Shown here one piece after another: positions 1-9,389 of a stretch of DNA of 23,396 nucleotides (position 1 is the stretch's first letter; each line of letters opens with the position of its first letter). The position numbers were made by a program, and so were the translations under genes. Origin of the DNA: Paramicrosporidium saccamoebae KSL3 (Eukaryota > Fungi > Cryptomycota); assembly GCA_002794465.1 (NCBI GenBank), contig MTSL01000149.1, positions 62,244-85,639 on the forward strand, in the 5' to 3' direction. Under the pieces are notes generated by a model, which was not told the DNA's origin, made no database searches, and saw only the letters and a list, made by a program, of their open reading frames with translations.

Positions 1-1552
1 CTTTCCCTCGGCACCACCAGCGAACAGCGTGTCGGCTATCTACATCAACAGTTGGAGAAGCTGCAGAACTGGATCCGGGAGGCGTTTGCAACAGAGGACG
101 TACAACAATGGGCTGAGCAGGTCGTCCTTACCAAATCAGGACAAGCGGAGGCCACGGTGAACCTTATTTCGTATGAATTCATTCCGTTTCAGAGTCTTAT
201 TAATTTATAGACCACGACTGGAGGAGGAGGTGAAACCTGTACTGCCACTGCGCATCAAGCTTGTAGATGATAAGAGCAAACCCATCACACCGCCTGCACC
301 CCGCAGCGGCACAGGAAGCAAGAACCTGAGCAGGATGATGAGTCGTCCCTCCGAAGCCACTGCTGAGACAAAGGCCAGAACTGCTGTTAGCCAAACCCCC
401 ATCACAGTCTTTTGGAACTATATGGAGCCATTCTTCAAGTCTGTCGATGAGAACGACCTGAGGGTCCTAGATGATACGAGCAAGTTTATTGATCCGGCAC
501 CATTCACAATTCCGCCTCTAGGGCGACATTATGAGGAACACTGGAGGGAAGCGTATGGCTACACGGTGCATGGTAGGTCGACAAGGAGGAGGCCGATACA
601 GAACGGCGCCGATGCTGAAGCCAACTCACCCCCAAGAGTTGCATCTCTCAGAGAACGACTATTAGCCATGCTGATTGAAGAGAATTTGACAGTCCCTGAG
701 ACTTCAGAAAATGGAGGCACTGGTGATTCTACTCCCCCTGATGAAATCTCTCAGGAACAATCCGCCTCTCCCCCGCCCCTAGAGACCCTCAAGGGCATCA
801 ACTTTGTGCATGTCGATGAGCGAATCAGACAGGAACTTTCCCAATCAGGACTCTGCTCCTTTGTCCCCAAAGTCGATTATCAAGAGGATGACGAGATTTG
901 CGCTGAAATGCGGACTCTTCAGAGAAGGCTACGAAACCAAGTTTGTTTGAATCACTACAGGAAGAGAAAGTTGGCCGAATTAGTTCGAACCAAGTTACCT
1001 TCTCAAGAATTCTACACTCTTCTTGGCGAGATTGACAAGCAGATCGAGCAGGCCTATTCTAAGAGATCAAGGGTACAGAAGCAGCAGAAAAAGAAGAAGG
1101 TGTCTGTAACTACACCGTCACCAAGTCCAGTCAACACCCCAATGGAACCTATCCCATTGGTAGAGACACGCCAAAAATTGCTTGCCGCATTCTCGGACAT
1201 TATTCCAAGTCAGCGTGAATTTCTTGCCTCCTCCGCACCTGCTGCACTCTTTAATGCCGCAGACGAAGCCAAGGTACTACAGTACGCACATGATTCTGGG
1301 AATTGGTTACCGATCCCAGAACAATCATTACACCACGTAAAGTTGGCGAAGCAGCCGGCACATCCAGTGTTCCCTGCATTAGAGCGACAGAGACAATCTT
1401 TAACAGCATTGGAACGAGAACGACAGTCCTCGACTGTATCCGATAGGGAGAGGCAACCATCAGCTGTATCGGAGCGAGAAATGCAATCCTCTACTGTATC
1501 AGAGCGGGAGAGGCAATCGTCAATTGTGTTTGAGACTCCGACACCTTTATAA
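1..1552 (+). CDS. ADA3: Ada3/Ngg1/TADA3 histone acetyltransferase-module subunit (SAGA/ADA/ATAC), 5'-partial; exons <1-170 and 211-1552
   Basis: Motifs FWNYMEPFF, IPPLGRHY..HW, LRERLLAMLIEEN, DERIRQEL, EDDEICAEMRTLQRRLR and LLGEIDKQIEQAYSKR match the Ada3 family. Frame 1 is open from base 1. A 40-nt phase-2 intron (171-210, GTATGA..TAG) joins it in frame to ORF 173..1552, so the ORF-track ATG at 173 lies inside the intron. Confidence 0.85.
1381..1530 (+). repeat. Coding 30-nt (10-aa) tandem repeat x5 at the ADA3 C-terminus
   Basis: ERQRQSLTAL / ERERQSSTVS / DRERQPSAVS / EREMQSSTVS / ERERQSSIVF; the 30-nt period is visible in the DNA. Confidence 0.9.
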
Positions 1553-1681
1553 ACTTTACATTTGTCGAAATTGTTTAGTACTGTGGGCATTAGTAGAGTA
1601 ATGGGCGCGAGGAATTTATCAAGAGTCTCTACTGCTATTGATCAGAGATGACGATCCTTTGCTACGAGAGAGTAAATAGGA

Positions 1682-1869
1682 GCCATTACTGCACGCCTCA
1701 CAGGTATAAAGGGTCTTTACCACTATAATACAAGCTTCACAGATATAAAGGCGCCCTATTACTGTGCTACAAGCCTCGGATATAAAGGGTCTCTGTTACT
1801 ATGTTACAGGCCTCGTAGATACAAAGGGTCGCTATTACTATACTACATGCCTTATAGATCTACGGGTAT
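1682..1869. repeat. Degenerate ~39-nt tandem repeat, 5 clear units, possibly extending to ~1621 and to 1908
   Basis: Units 1682-1715, 1716-1754, 1755-1791, 1792-1830 and 1831-1869 share TTACT..TACA.GCCTC..AGATA(T/C)AAAGGGTC. Confidence 0.85.
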
Positions 1870-1888
1870 ACCATTGTTAGAAATGGTC

Positions 1889-3235
1889 TTACCCAATGGA
1901 AAAGGCTCGCCGTAGTTTGACTGAATTTTTTGGCTCAACCCGGAAACTCTTCTTTACAAGCTCCTTTTCGTCCAAGATCACGGCACTCTCGATTAACATT
2001 ACGGCACCCTTGCTGCTCATCTGGCCAATATTGAATCTTTTGGAGATTTCCAGCAAGGTTTTCACTTTTTGAGCATATCCTTTCCACCCATCAAAATGCT
2101 CTCCAGATGGCGGACTCGTAGGGATGGCCTCATACAGATGCACCAAATCTGTCAAATGTAGGCCTAAAAATGGGATACATGGTCCTTCTGCTTCCAGCTC
2201 TCTCAGTCGTGCCCAGTTTCGATCCTCAGCAACAATTTCTTCCAGTATCTTGAATTCAGTCCGCTCAGTTCTGCTTAGATGACGCCATGTCCGTCTCAAC
2301 CGCCCTACCATGGAATAGCCCATCGCAACGATTACACACTTTAATCCATTATAATCCCGCATATCCAGGAGATGGGTGGCCAGGCGGATGCAGAACTGAA
2401 GAATTGCAGCGCGTTGCTTGGGACGTTCTGGTTGGAGGATAGAGTGTATGAGATACCAACTGAGGCGATCACTCCAATGAATTAGTCGGAGCAGAGATGG
2501 TGCAGTACGGTGACGGGAGGGACGAGTCCATGCCAGATTTGAAAATTCCAACGCAGAGATCATGCTGAAAAGATGTTGATGATGGGCAGTTATTTGCAGG
2601 GCGACATGATGAGGTTCGTAATCGAGAAGAGTACCGGACAATTTCAGATCGCCCATGGACGAGAAGAGCTTTCTCATGGAGGACATTACACCCCGCTTGC
2701 GGTGAATCTCGGCAGCAGATCTGGGAGGCAATGCCGTGTTTGGCGCTAAACTTTTATCAGAGAGAGCTTCAAGACCAATTTGGGGGAGCAGACGTTGCCA
2801 ATACATTTTCCGCCCCTCGTCTTCAAAGTCGGAGGGGATAATCCTCTGCCAGTGTCTCAAGAATTGGAATGCGCGTTTTGATTGCTGTGTGTCATAGTTT
2901 GGATGTGCTGCGGTATGGTTGGAGTGTTCTATGGTATAGTTTAATTGCTCTGTGATACTGCACTCGGCATTCTTGTCCAAGATTTTACTTGCAACTTGAT
3001 GAAAAATGTTGTTCCATGTAAAATTTTGCCGATAGAGTAGTGCAACAGAGTAGTACAAGTGCTCACTATCCTCCCTCGAATAGTCAAGCAGTGAATCTAT
3101 CAACTCTACGCACGACATCTCGGCAAGCTGCTCCTCACTCTGATCTGTCAGTGTCAGATCCTCCAACGAGCAGCTCAGCGCTACTGAACGGACTCTTTCG
3201 CTACTACCACCTGTAAGCTCTTCATGCATACTCAT
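1889..3235 (-). CDS. RasGEF (CDC25-like) guanine nucleotide exchange factor
   Basis: VALQIT..LF, SDRLSWYLIHSIL, RAAILQFCIRLA..L..MRDYNGL, VGRLRRTWRHL, RNWARLR and PCIPFLGLHLTDL match the CDC25 catalytic domain. First ATG is 3235 (alternative 3229); the ORF-track start 3247 is TTG. Confidence 0.88.
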   Translation of the reverse strand: MSMHEELTGGSSERVRSVALSCSLEDLTLTDQSEEQLAEMSCVELIDSLLDYSREDSEHLYYSVALLYRQNFTWNNIFHQVASKILDKNAECSITEQLNYTIEHSNHTAAHPNYDTQQSKRAFQFLRHWQRIIPSDFEDEGRKMYWQRLLPQIGLEALSDKSLAPNTALPPRSAAEIHRKRGVMSSMRKLFSSMGDLKLSGTLLDYEPHHVALQITAHHQHLFSMISALEFSNLAWTRPSRHRTAPSLLRLIHWSDRLSWYLIHSILQPERPKQRAAILQFCIRLATHLLDMRDYNGLKCVIVAMGYSMVGRLRRTWRHLSRTERTEFKILEEIVAEDRNWARLRELEAEGPCIPFLGLHLTDLVHLYEAIPTSPPSGEHFDGWKGYAQKVKTLLEISKRFNIGQMSSKGAVMLIESAVILDEKELVKKSFRVEPKNSVKLRRAFSIG

Positions 3236-3304
3236 GGGGGACAACAAATCTTGAGCTTCTCATAAAAATCGTCACTGTGGCAACCGGGCATCTGATTGGT
3301 CGCC
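3236..3304. promoter_or_regulatory. 69-nt bidirectional promoter gap (RasGEF / ZZZ3) with a CCAAT box and an X-box-like motif
   Basis: Lies between divergent ATGs at 3235 and 3305; GATTGGT at 3294-3300 and GTCACTGTGGCAAC at 3271-3284. Function is inferred. Confidence 0.5.
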
Positions 3305-4573
3305 ATGGACGACGACATTTTCGCCGGCAACCCCGAGTAATCCACTTGCCCTTTTGTTGATTTTTAGATATGCCATGGTGACAAAATCGCTGGCAGCTCT
3401 CGAGGGACAGTTGGAGCAAGCACATAGAGATATATCTGCACTACAGGAACTGAAAGGACGGGCACTGGAGGCGCCGGAGCAGTTCCTTGGCGTAATAGAG
3501 GATCGTGCAGAGTGCGAGCGGATGTTCCCAAAGATGCAAACGGTAGCAGCAGTGCCTACCATACCACTGGAGACGTACAGAGTAAGGCTGGTGCGGAGGG
3601 GCGCTGGGAAATACGGACAGAATCTAGGTAGGCAGTCCTACCGTGGCTTATGTATTTAGAATATTTGCTGAAGCGACTAGATGAGCTTCAAAAGAGTAGA
3701 CCCACTGAGAGAGGCAAGACTGATTCACCCTTACTATCGCCCTGTGTGCCTATCAGCCGCATGCCTCCCTCTCACACCCCCGAGGCACCGCTTCGTGATA
3801 CCATTCGGCGTCGTTTCTACGAGATTGTAGGTGCACCTCTGCGCACCGCTTCAGCACCAGCACTCTTTTCCACTATTGATCCTACGCCTAGCATGAATGA
3901 TGCTGTTCCAAATCGGGAAGATTTATTCTCGCCGCAACCGCGCAAGGCACAGTCGATCCACTTTACCATGCCGTTCCTCCCCAGCGATCCCAACTCACGT
4001 CCCTCCACACCGGCCATGGTAACGCCAGAACAGCCCAAGAAACGAAAGAGGATGACCTCTGCTGGCGCTGATTCGCCCCATCATAACCTGCCATGGACAG
4101 AGGGGGAGAAACAAAGACTGATTGAGCTATTAGAGGTGTATCCCGATGAGGAAGTGAACACCCGTCGCTATGCCAAGATTTCTGCAGCTATTGGTACGCG
4201 CACACCTGGCCAAGTCGCCAATCGTGTGAACAAGCTACAACTCAAATTGAAACGTCGAAATGAGGAGAAGATTGACCCGGGTGAGGATCTTGATGAGGTT
4301 CTGGATGTTGAGCTGCGAAAAAGCAAAGAGTACCAGGAGTACATGACCATCCGGAAACAGATTGAGGCGCTCGAGTCTGATTCCGGGATTTCGGTGCACG
4401 TTGGTTTCAAGTGCGACGACTGTGGGATGGAGCCCATTGTGGGCACGAGATGGAGATGTACAAAATGCCACGAACCGAATGCAATCGATCTGTGTCAGGA
4501 CTGCTATGAGTGTGGAGAATTCAATACTGTCCAGCACCGTCCTAGCCACCGATTCTTCCGTCACAATAGTTAA
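3305..4573 (+). CDS. ZZZ3: ZZZ3-like protein (N-terminal coiled coil, SANT/Myb domain, ZZ zinc finger); exons 3305-3336, 3368-3627, 3660-4573
   Basis: NPEYAMVTKSLAALEGQLEQAHRDI, NLPWTEGEKQRLIELLEVYPDEEVNTRRYAKISAAIGTRTPGQVANRV and HVGFKCDDCGMEPIVGTRWRC..C...IDLCQDC match ZZZ3 in order. Introns 3337-3367 (31 nt) and 3628-3659 (32 nt) restore the frame. Confidence 0.82.
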
Positions 4574-5014
4574 ATCATCAATAAGACTGTTTTTTATACG
4601 TATAAAGGTTGAGTAGAATCTCTGATCTACAGATATATACCTCTCGCAATACGCCATTTAAATGAACGATGGATAATCCCAAAAAATTGGCGCATCTGTG
4701 AATAGAGGATTACATACTGCTCAGCACCATCACAATAGTTAAATCATCAATAAGACTGTTGTTTATACGTGTAAAGTTTGAGCAAAATCTCTGATCTATA
4801 GATATATATCTCTCGCAATATGTTAGTTTAAATGAGCCATGGATAATCTCGAAAAATTAACGCAGCTGTGAATGGAGGATTACATACTGCTCAGTACCAT
4901 CACAAGGGCTAAATCATCAATAAGACTATTCTACACATGCTATTTTATGGTATCAGTCGTTATTTTAGATGGGCCATGGATAAGCCCCAAACTTCCAAAT
5001 TGACACATTTGAAT
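4561..5014. repeat. ~170-nt tandem duplication: two full units plus a shortened third, overlapping the ZZZ3 and OXR1 3' ends
   Basis: Units start at 4561, 4730 and 4900. Units 1 and 2 have identical first 31 nt and ~20 differences over 170 nt by hand count. Confidence 0.92.
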
Positions 5015-5922
5015 CGCTCCGTGCTGGCGAGACATTCATTTTCAAACGTAGACACGGGCTGACTGAGCCCTTCCAACAGCTCAGTGTCCAGCCAAAATCC
5101 AAATTTGCCTTCTCCACAGCCTGCTGCCATATATGTCGTCTCGCTGATCATGAAATAGTCATTGCGTCCTGTTGAGCCCCACTTTTTAATACGACCCTCC
5201 TCCATCCGCCAGAGGAAGCACTCGCCGGTCCCATAATGGCCGAAATGTGGCTTCCAAGGCTCGGTGGAGAAGACTCCAAATAGTGCGTCGCCATCATCTC
5301 GGACCACGACCAGCGTAGGACCGTAGTGGTGACGACATTGTGAGAAGAGTGTGGAGAGGGAGAAGCCATACTCGGGAGTACTGTAGATTAAATTCCAATT
5401 GCTCACCAGACGGAACCGAGGCGGAAGGGCGGCATGAATCTATTATGGTGAGCGAAATGACAAATGCCTACTCGATTAATCATGTCCTGGGTAAGGAGGG
5501 CATCGTCCCCAGTGGCATGACGGTCAAGAAGCTTAATTCCATAATCAGTCGTATCTAGGTACGAGACATTGGATCTTTTAGTCTCCGCTATCCGTGTTTC
5601 CTGCTTTGCCGGTTGCTGCGCCACTGTAGGTTCTATTGTGTTAATCAAAATTGTTCAACGTACCATTGGGAGCGGCACTATTCGATGGTGCCCAGAAACT
5701 CCACACGTAATTGCCGACAGCCGTCGCGCCAGTAACTAGTGAATTGACCACCGTCACCGCGATGCCAGACGTTGAACTTTCGGCAGAATGACGACGACTG
5801 GTGGAGGGAGATTCAGGGGGGGTGACGGTGCCCATTGCGGGGACGGAACCTGCCTGCGGTCTATCGTTGTTGGGCCCTTTCATTGTCACCTCGTCTTCGT
5901 AATGACCTTTCACGGGGCTCAT
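4960..5922 (-). CDS. OXR1: Oxidation resistance protein 1 (TLDc domain); exons 5922-5664, 5632-5472, 5439-4960
   Basis: LLTQDMINRIHAALPPRFRLVSNWNLIYS...GFSLSTL, GPTLVVVRD...FGVF, YGTGECFLW, GKFGFWLD..L..G.S....TFEN..L and LEVWG are TLDc motifs. Introns 5633-5663 (31 nt) and 5440-5471 (32 nt) join three ORF-track fragments. Confidence 0.9.
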
Positions 5923-5985
5923 CCCCCCTTATGATTGGCCGATTAGACTCGACAAATTATCCCAAAGGTATATTTTGTGTATTTA

Positions 5986-6417
5986 TTACCGCTGCACACT
6001 ATTAGCCGCTCTGGTTGCATGTGCGCTCCTCGTTTGATGGCCTATAGTGGGTCGTGCTACCTTGGGGGCCGTCTTCTCGTCATGCTCGACAAAACCACTG
6101 AGGCCCATGTCATATTCGCGTTCCAGATACAACTGTATATCCTTTGGCTCAATGGTATGTGAGTGCCGGTGACGTGCCAATGCGGCGGAGGACTGTGCTA
6201 CTTCAATAATGAACGACTCGGCCATCTTTGCCAACGCCTATGCATTGGTGAGAAGCAACAGTAAAAGTACCAACTCGACGCAGGGCTCAAAGCGTTCTCC
6301 AGGCGCGACATTGGCGACTAGCTCGTGTAGTTTTGCCCTTAGAATTATGGGCTGTTGGGGAGTCTCGGCGCCTTGTCCCATATCCACGGTGGCGGCTAGT
6401 CTATGAAGTCCACTCAT
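5986..6417 (-). CDS. TAF12: TFIID/SAGA subunit TAF12 (histone fold); exons 6417-6271, 6237-5986
   Basis: KLHELVANVAPGERFEPCVELALAKMAESFIIEVAQSSAALARHRHSHTIEPKDIQLYLEREYDMGLSGF matches TAF12. Intron 6238-6270 (33 nt, phase 0). Confidence 0.88.
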
Positions 6418-6734
6418 AAACCAAATTCAATAATCTTAAAGTCAACAGCAAGTAGTACCCGATTTGGGACTAGTCCGGAAAAGTTCCACGACCCATATGT
6501 CGATGTGTGGTAAGCTAATTCGCGCTTAAAGAATGATATTCTCTATCTAGAGCATGATCAGATGAAAGTAGTGAAATGACGGACAATATTCAATAAAAAC
6601 TCTTGGTTAGGCATGTGCGATGGTAGTTCCTATACGCAGGTAGAAGAATCCCTACGCCACAAATGCGATTCTTATCCTGCTTTTGGCTTGGCTGATTTGA
6701 CAATTTTGGAAAATAAATTGTATAATATTCTTTG

Positions 6735-7429
6735 ATGAGCGGAGCATCTTATGCAGTATTGGACGAGCCAACGCCAGCCGTAGAGAAAGGAGCAGCCAGC
6801 GACCCGCTCTATCATGCCCTCCTTGGCGGAAATATTGGAAGCGCTTTGGGTACTGCAAAGGAGGACATGACGCGCAACACGCTTGATGAGCCCGTCTCAG
6901 AGACCTTGGTAAACATGCAAATTTGTCGAATGATGGATAGAATAGAGATTTGAAAAAGGTGAGTGACAGGGCATGGATGATCATGTCGCTAGACGAACCA
7001 GAGATATCGCTGCGTGAGTGGGATCTTTGGGGCCCGCTGCTGAACTCTCTCCTGTTGGCCATGTGTCTTGGTCTGGGTTCCAGTGTCACTGTCCCCGCTT
7101 TCACATTGACTATCACGCTTATATGGGCGGGGGCCGCGTTGGTGATTATGAATGCACGACTTTTAGGCTATCGGGTAGCCTTCCTGCCGGGTGTCTCATT
7201 CCTGGGATACTGTGTGACCCCGCTGACAGGATCTGTGGTATTGCTGAGTATGGCACCTTTCTGGGGACTAAGGGTTTTACTGGCGGCAGTAGGTGCGGGC
7301 TGGGCAATCACGGCGGGAATGCGACTGATGGCGTTGGATCCGGCGCTAGAGGATCGTCGATTACTGGCCGCAGCTCCCTTGTGTCTGTATTATATCCTGC
7401 TGGCCTGGTTGATAGTGATTGTGCTGTGA
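6735..7429 (+). CDS. YIPF6: Yip1-family Golgi membrane protein (YIPF6/Yip4-like); exons 6735-6908, 6941-7429
   Basis: NTLDEPVSETLNRDL and LREWDLWGPL, then LLGYRVAFLPGVSFLGYCVTPL and about five hydrophobic segments. Intron 6909-6940 (32 nt). The subfamily assignment is less certain than the family. Confidence 0.8.
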
Positions 7430-7500
7430 ATAATAATCTTTTGATTGTGCTGTAAATAGTAGTCTTTTGATTGTGCTGTAAATAATAGTCTTTTGATTGG
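7417..7500. repeat. 26-nt tandem repeat x3 plus a partial unit, starting inside the last Yip1-family codons
   Basis: GATTGTGCTGTGAATAATAATCTTTT / GATTGTGCTGTAAATAGTAGTCTTTT / GATTGTGCTGTAAATAATAGTCTTTT; unit 1 contains the TGA stop (7427-7429). Confidence 0.95.
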
Positions 7501-7529
7501 GTTATGGACAATAATTTGCTAATGTTGGT

Positions 7530-7578
7530 CGTGTTATACATAGTAATCTGTTAGGTGTTTAATACATAGACACCTTTA
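7530..7578. repeat. Imperfect ~25-nt duplication ending in the MAU2-like stop codon
   Basis: CGTGTTATACATAGTAATCTGTTA versus GGTGTTTAATACATAGACACCTTTA; the final TTA (7576-7578) is the minus-strand TAA. Confidence 0.6.
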
Positions 7579-8931
7579 TTCTGCCAGCAGAGCGTATTTT
7601 TGTGCTTCGTCTGTATCTCCGAGAAGTCTCTTTGCCTTGGATAACAACCCAGCGGCAGCTTTTTCCAGCACCTCCCATCGGGCTGTTTGAGCGCAACCAA
7701 ATGCAGCGGCACTCATCTTTGCCGACATTGCGAAATCTGTATCAAGATAAAGTCGTCCCACCAACAATAGCACGATAATCTTCAACTGGGCGTTTTGTGT
7801 ACAAGAGTTGAGCATCTTCAAAGACGTTAATAGAGTGCCCTTGGTGTGATGAACCGGATGGTTGAGACGATGCATACAGAGGGCACAAATTACAAGTCGG
7901 AACGACTCGAGCTGTGGGTCGAGTGAACCTTGCAAATCCTGGACGGCCACTAGCGCATTTCCAGGATCAGTCTGTATCGATTCCATTAGGCCAAGAAGTT
8001 GTTTCCGTTTCTCTGCATAGGCATTCTTTGTGTCGATTACTTCAGATCCAGCATTCATACTCTCAAATCGATGTTGCAATTCAGGGAGAAGAAGCGTAAT
8101 AATGTTTGTCGGAGCCTCCCCAAGTCTCAGACTAAGAGTTGCAGCCAATCTCGCCCAGACGGTCCCTATCAAGGTAGGATCGTGCAGTCTAATAAAGCCA
8201 GGCAGTATACCATTACACGATGGGATCATTCCAGTATTTCTTTCATAAAACCGTCTCGCATGATCTGATTCTCCCCTTTGGATTCTTTCCTTCAGACACA
8301 TCAGAGTAGCGATCAAACTGACAGCCTCTGATGATGGTTCCATCGCCAGCAGGGCAGGTTCCAGTTCGGATAAAACAAGACTCTCGTCAAAGTAGGAAAG
8401 TAGGATGAGTATATATAATCGATGGGATGCATATTCAGGACCGACGAGCAGCTGGAGTGATTCACGGAGAACGTTAGGATATCCATGCCGCCATGCGAGC
8501 CAGTCGAAATGCATCCACCATTCGAGTTGTCCCTCGTTCTGTGCCACTGTTCTGGATTCTAACAAATATTTCATCCTTCGCTTGTCAGATGCCGCTAGCT
8601 CGTTTTGACACCACATGGATACAGCGAGGAACCTCAGATGAAGCGGACAATCGACTCTCTACAATCTTAGTTGCTCCGTTACATGTACGTTCTGGAGCAA
8701 ATGTAAACACTTTCGTATGTGCTCACATGCCTCTACCTCGTTGGAGGTGTGTGACTGTAGCAGATGTGACAGATACAATCTAAATCGCACTTCTAGCGCT
8801 GTTGGTAGCACAAAGTCCAACCCTGCATACAGACACCTCATCGCTCTCTCCAAACTGCCCTTATCACTCATGCTCCCACATCGACATGCCTCCCGCCAAA
8901 GCATCTCCATCGTGGACAACAACGACACCAT
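7576..8931 (-). CDS. MAU2: MAU2/Scc4-like cohesin loader subunit (helical repeat protein); exons 8931-8689, 8658-7576
   Basis: AMRCLYAGLDFVLPTALEVRFRLYLSHLLQSHTSNEVEACEHIRKC resembles the MAU2/Scc4 N-terminus. Intron 8659-8688 (30 nt) joins it to ORF 7576..8616. The start could also be 8910 or 8904. Confidence 0.65.
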
Positions 8932-8959
8932 AATTGTTTTCTTTTCCCATCCGACAGAC

Positions 8960-9361
8960 ATGCAAGAACTGCATGCACACAAAGCCACTGATACAACATG
9001 TCGAGATTTTGTCTACTTTAGACAGCTGCTGGCTCGGTCTAGGGGTTATTGGGATGACAATATTGCACACCGGCTAAATGGAATTGACATTGGCGATGTG
9101 CGACAGTGTAGAAAACTGGTGGATGGCGTGGAGCGGGCACATAAGGACCGTAGAAATAAGATTGAGTTTTGCATGCACACTCTGCAGAAGGATGTGGAAA
9201 GACAGCCTACAGCTGTCCTGCGTAAGGAGGTAGCCAACTCGGTCCACTTCATTAATATATAGATTGTCCTGCTGGAATCTGAATTAATCGTGGAGGATAT
9301 AATCTGTGGCCGGACAATGGCAACAATTTTCTCTAAATGTAGGAGTCTGCACCACTCATAA
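8960..9361 (+). CDS. MIX23: Mitochondrial intermembrane space protein Mix23/CCDC58; exons 8960-9229, 9263-9361
   Basis: CRDFVYFRQLLARSRGYWDDNIAHRLN, C..L......AH..R...I.FC and LLESELIVEDII..RT...F..KC match Mix23/CCDC58. Intron 9230-9262 (33 nt). Confidence 0.82.
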
Positions 9362-9389
9362 ATGATTCTCCGGTTTTGATTGGCCAGAA

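Noticed and set aside
1682-1869. CRISPR-like appearance of the 39-nt array
   Set aside because: The units are contiguous degenerate repeats without unique spacers, there are no cas genes, and the context is eukaryotic.
1676-1914. Stop-free frame running through the 39-nt array
   Set aside because: No ATG until near its end, unit lengths (34, 37, 39) break the codon register, and there is no recognisable protein.
4561-4899. 170-nt unit as a centromeric, nucleosome-length satellite (CenH3 gene nearby)
   Set aside because: Fewer than three copies, and the unit derives from adjacent gene ends. The location of the CenH3 gene says nothing about centromere position.
6680-6688. CTTTTGGCT resembling the U2 snRNA 5' stem, in the 317-nt TAF12/Yip1 gap
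   Set aside because: It is not followed by the invariant AGATCAAGTGTAGTA branch-pairing sequence, and no convincing snRNA or snoRNA box arrangement was found.
6652-7116. 154-aa minus-strand ORF
   Set aside because: It is antisense to the Yip1-family gene, has no ATG start at the ORF-track position, and matches no family.
8717-8959. N-terminal extension of MIX23 in the ORF track
   Set aside because: It is antisense to MAU2-like exon 1; family similarity begins only after the ATG at 8960.
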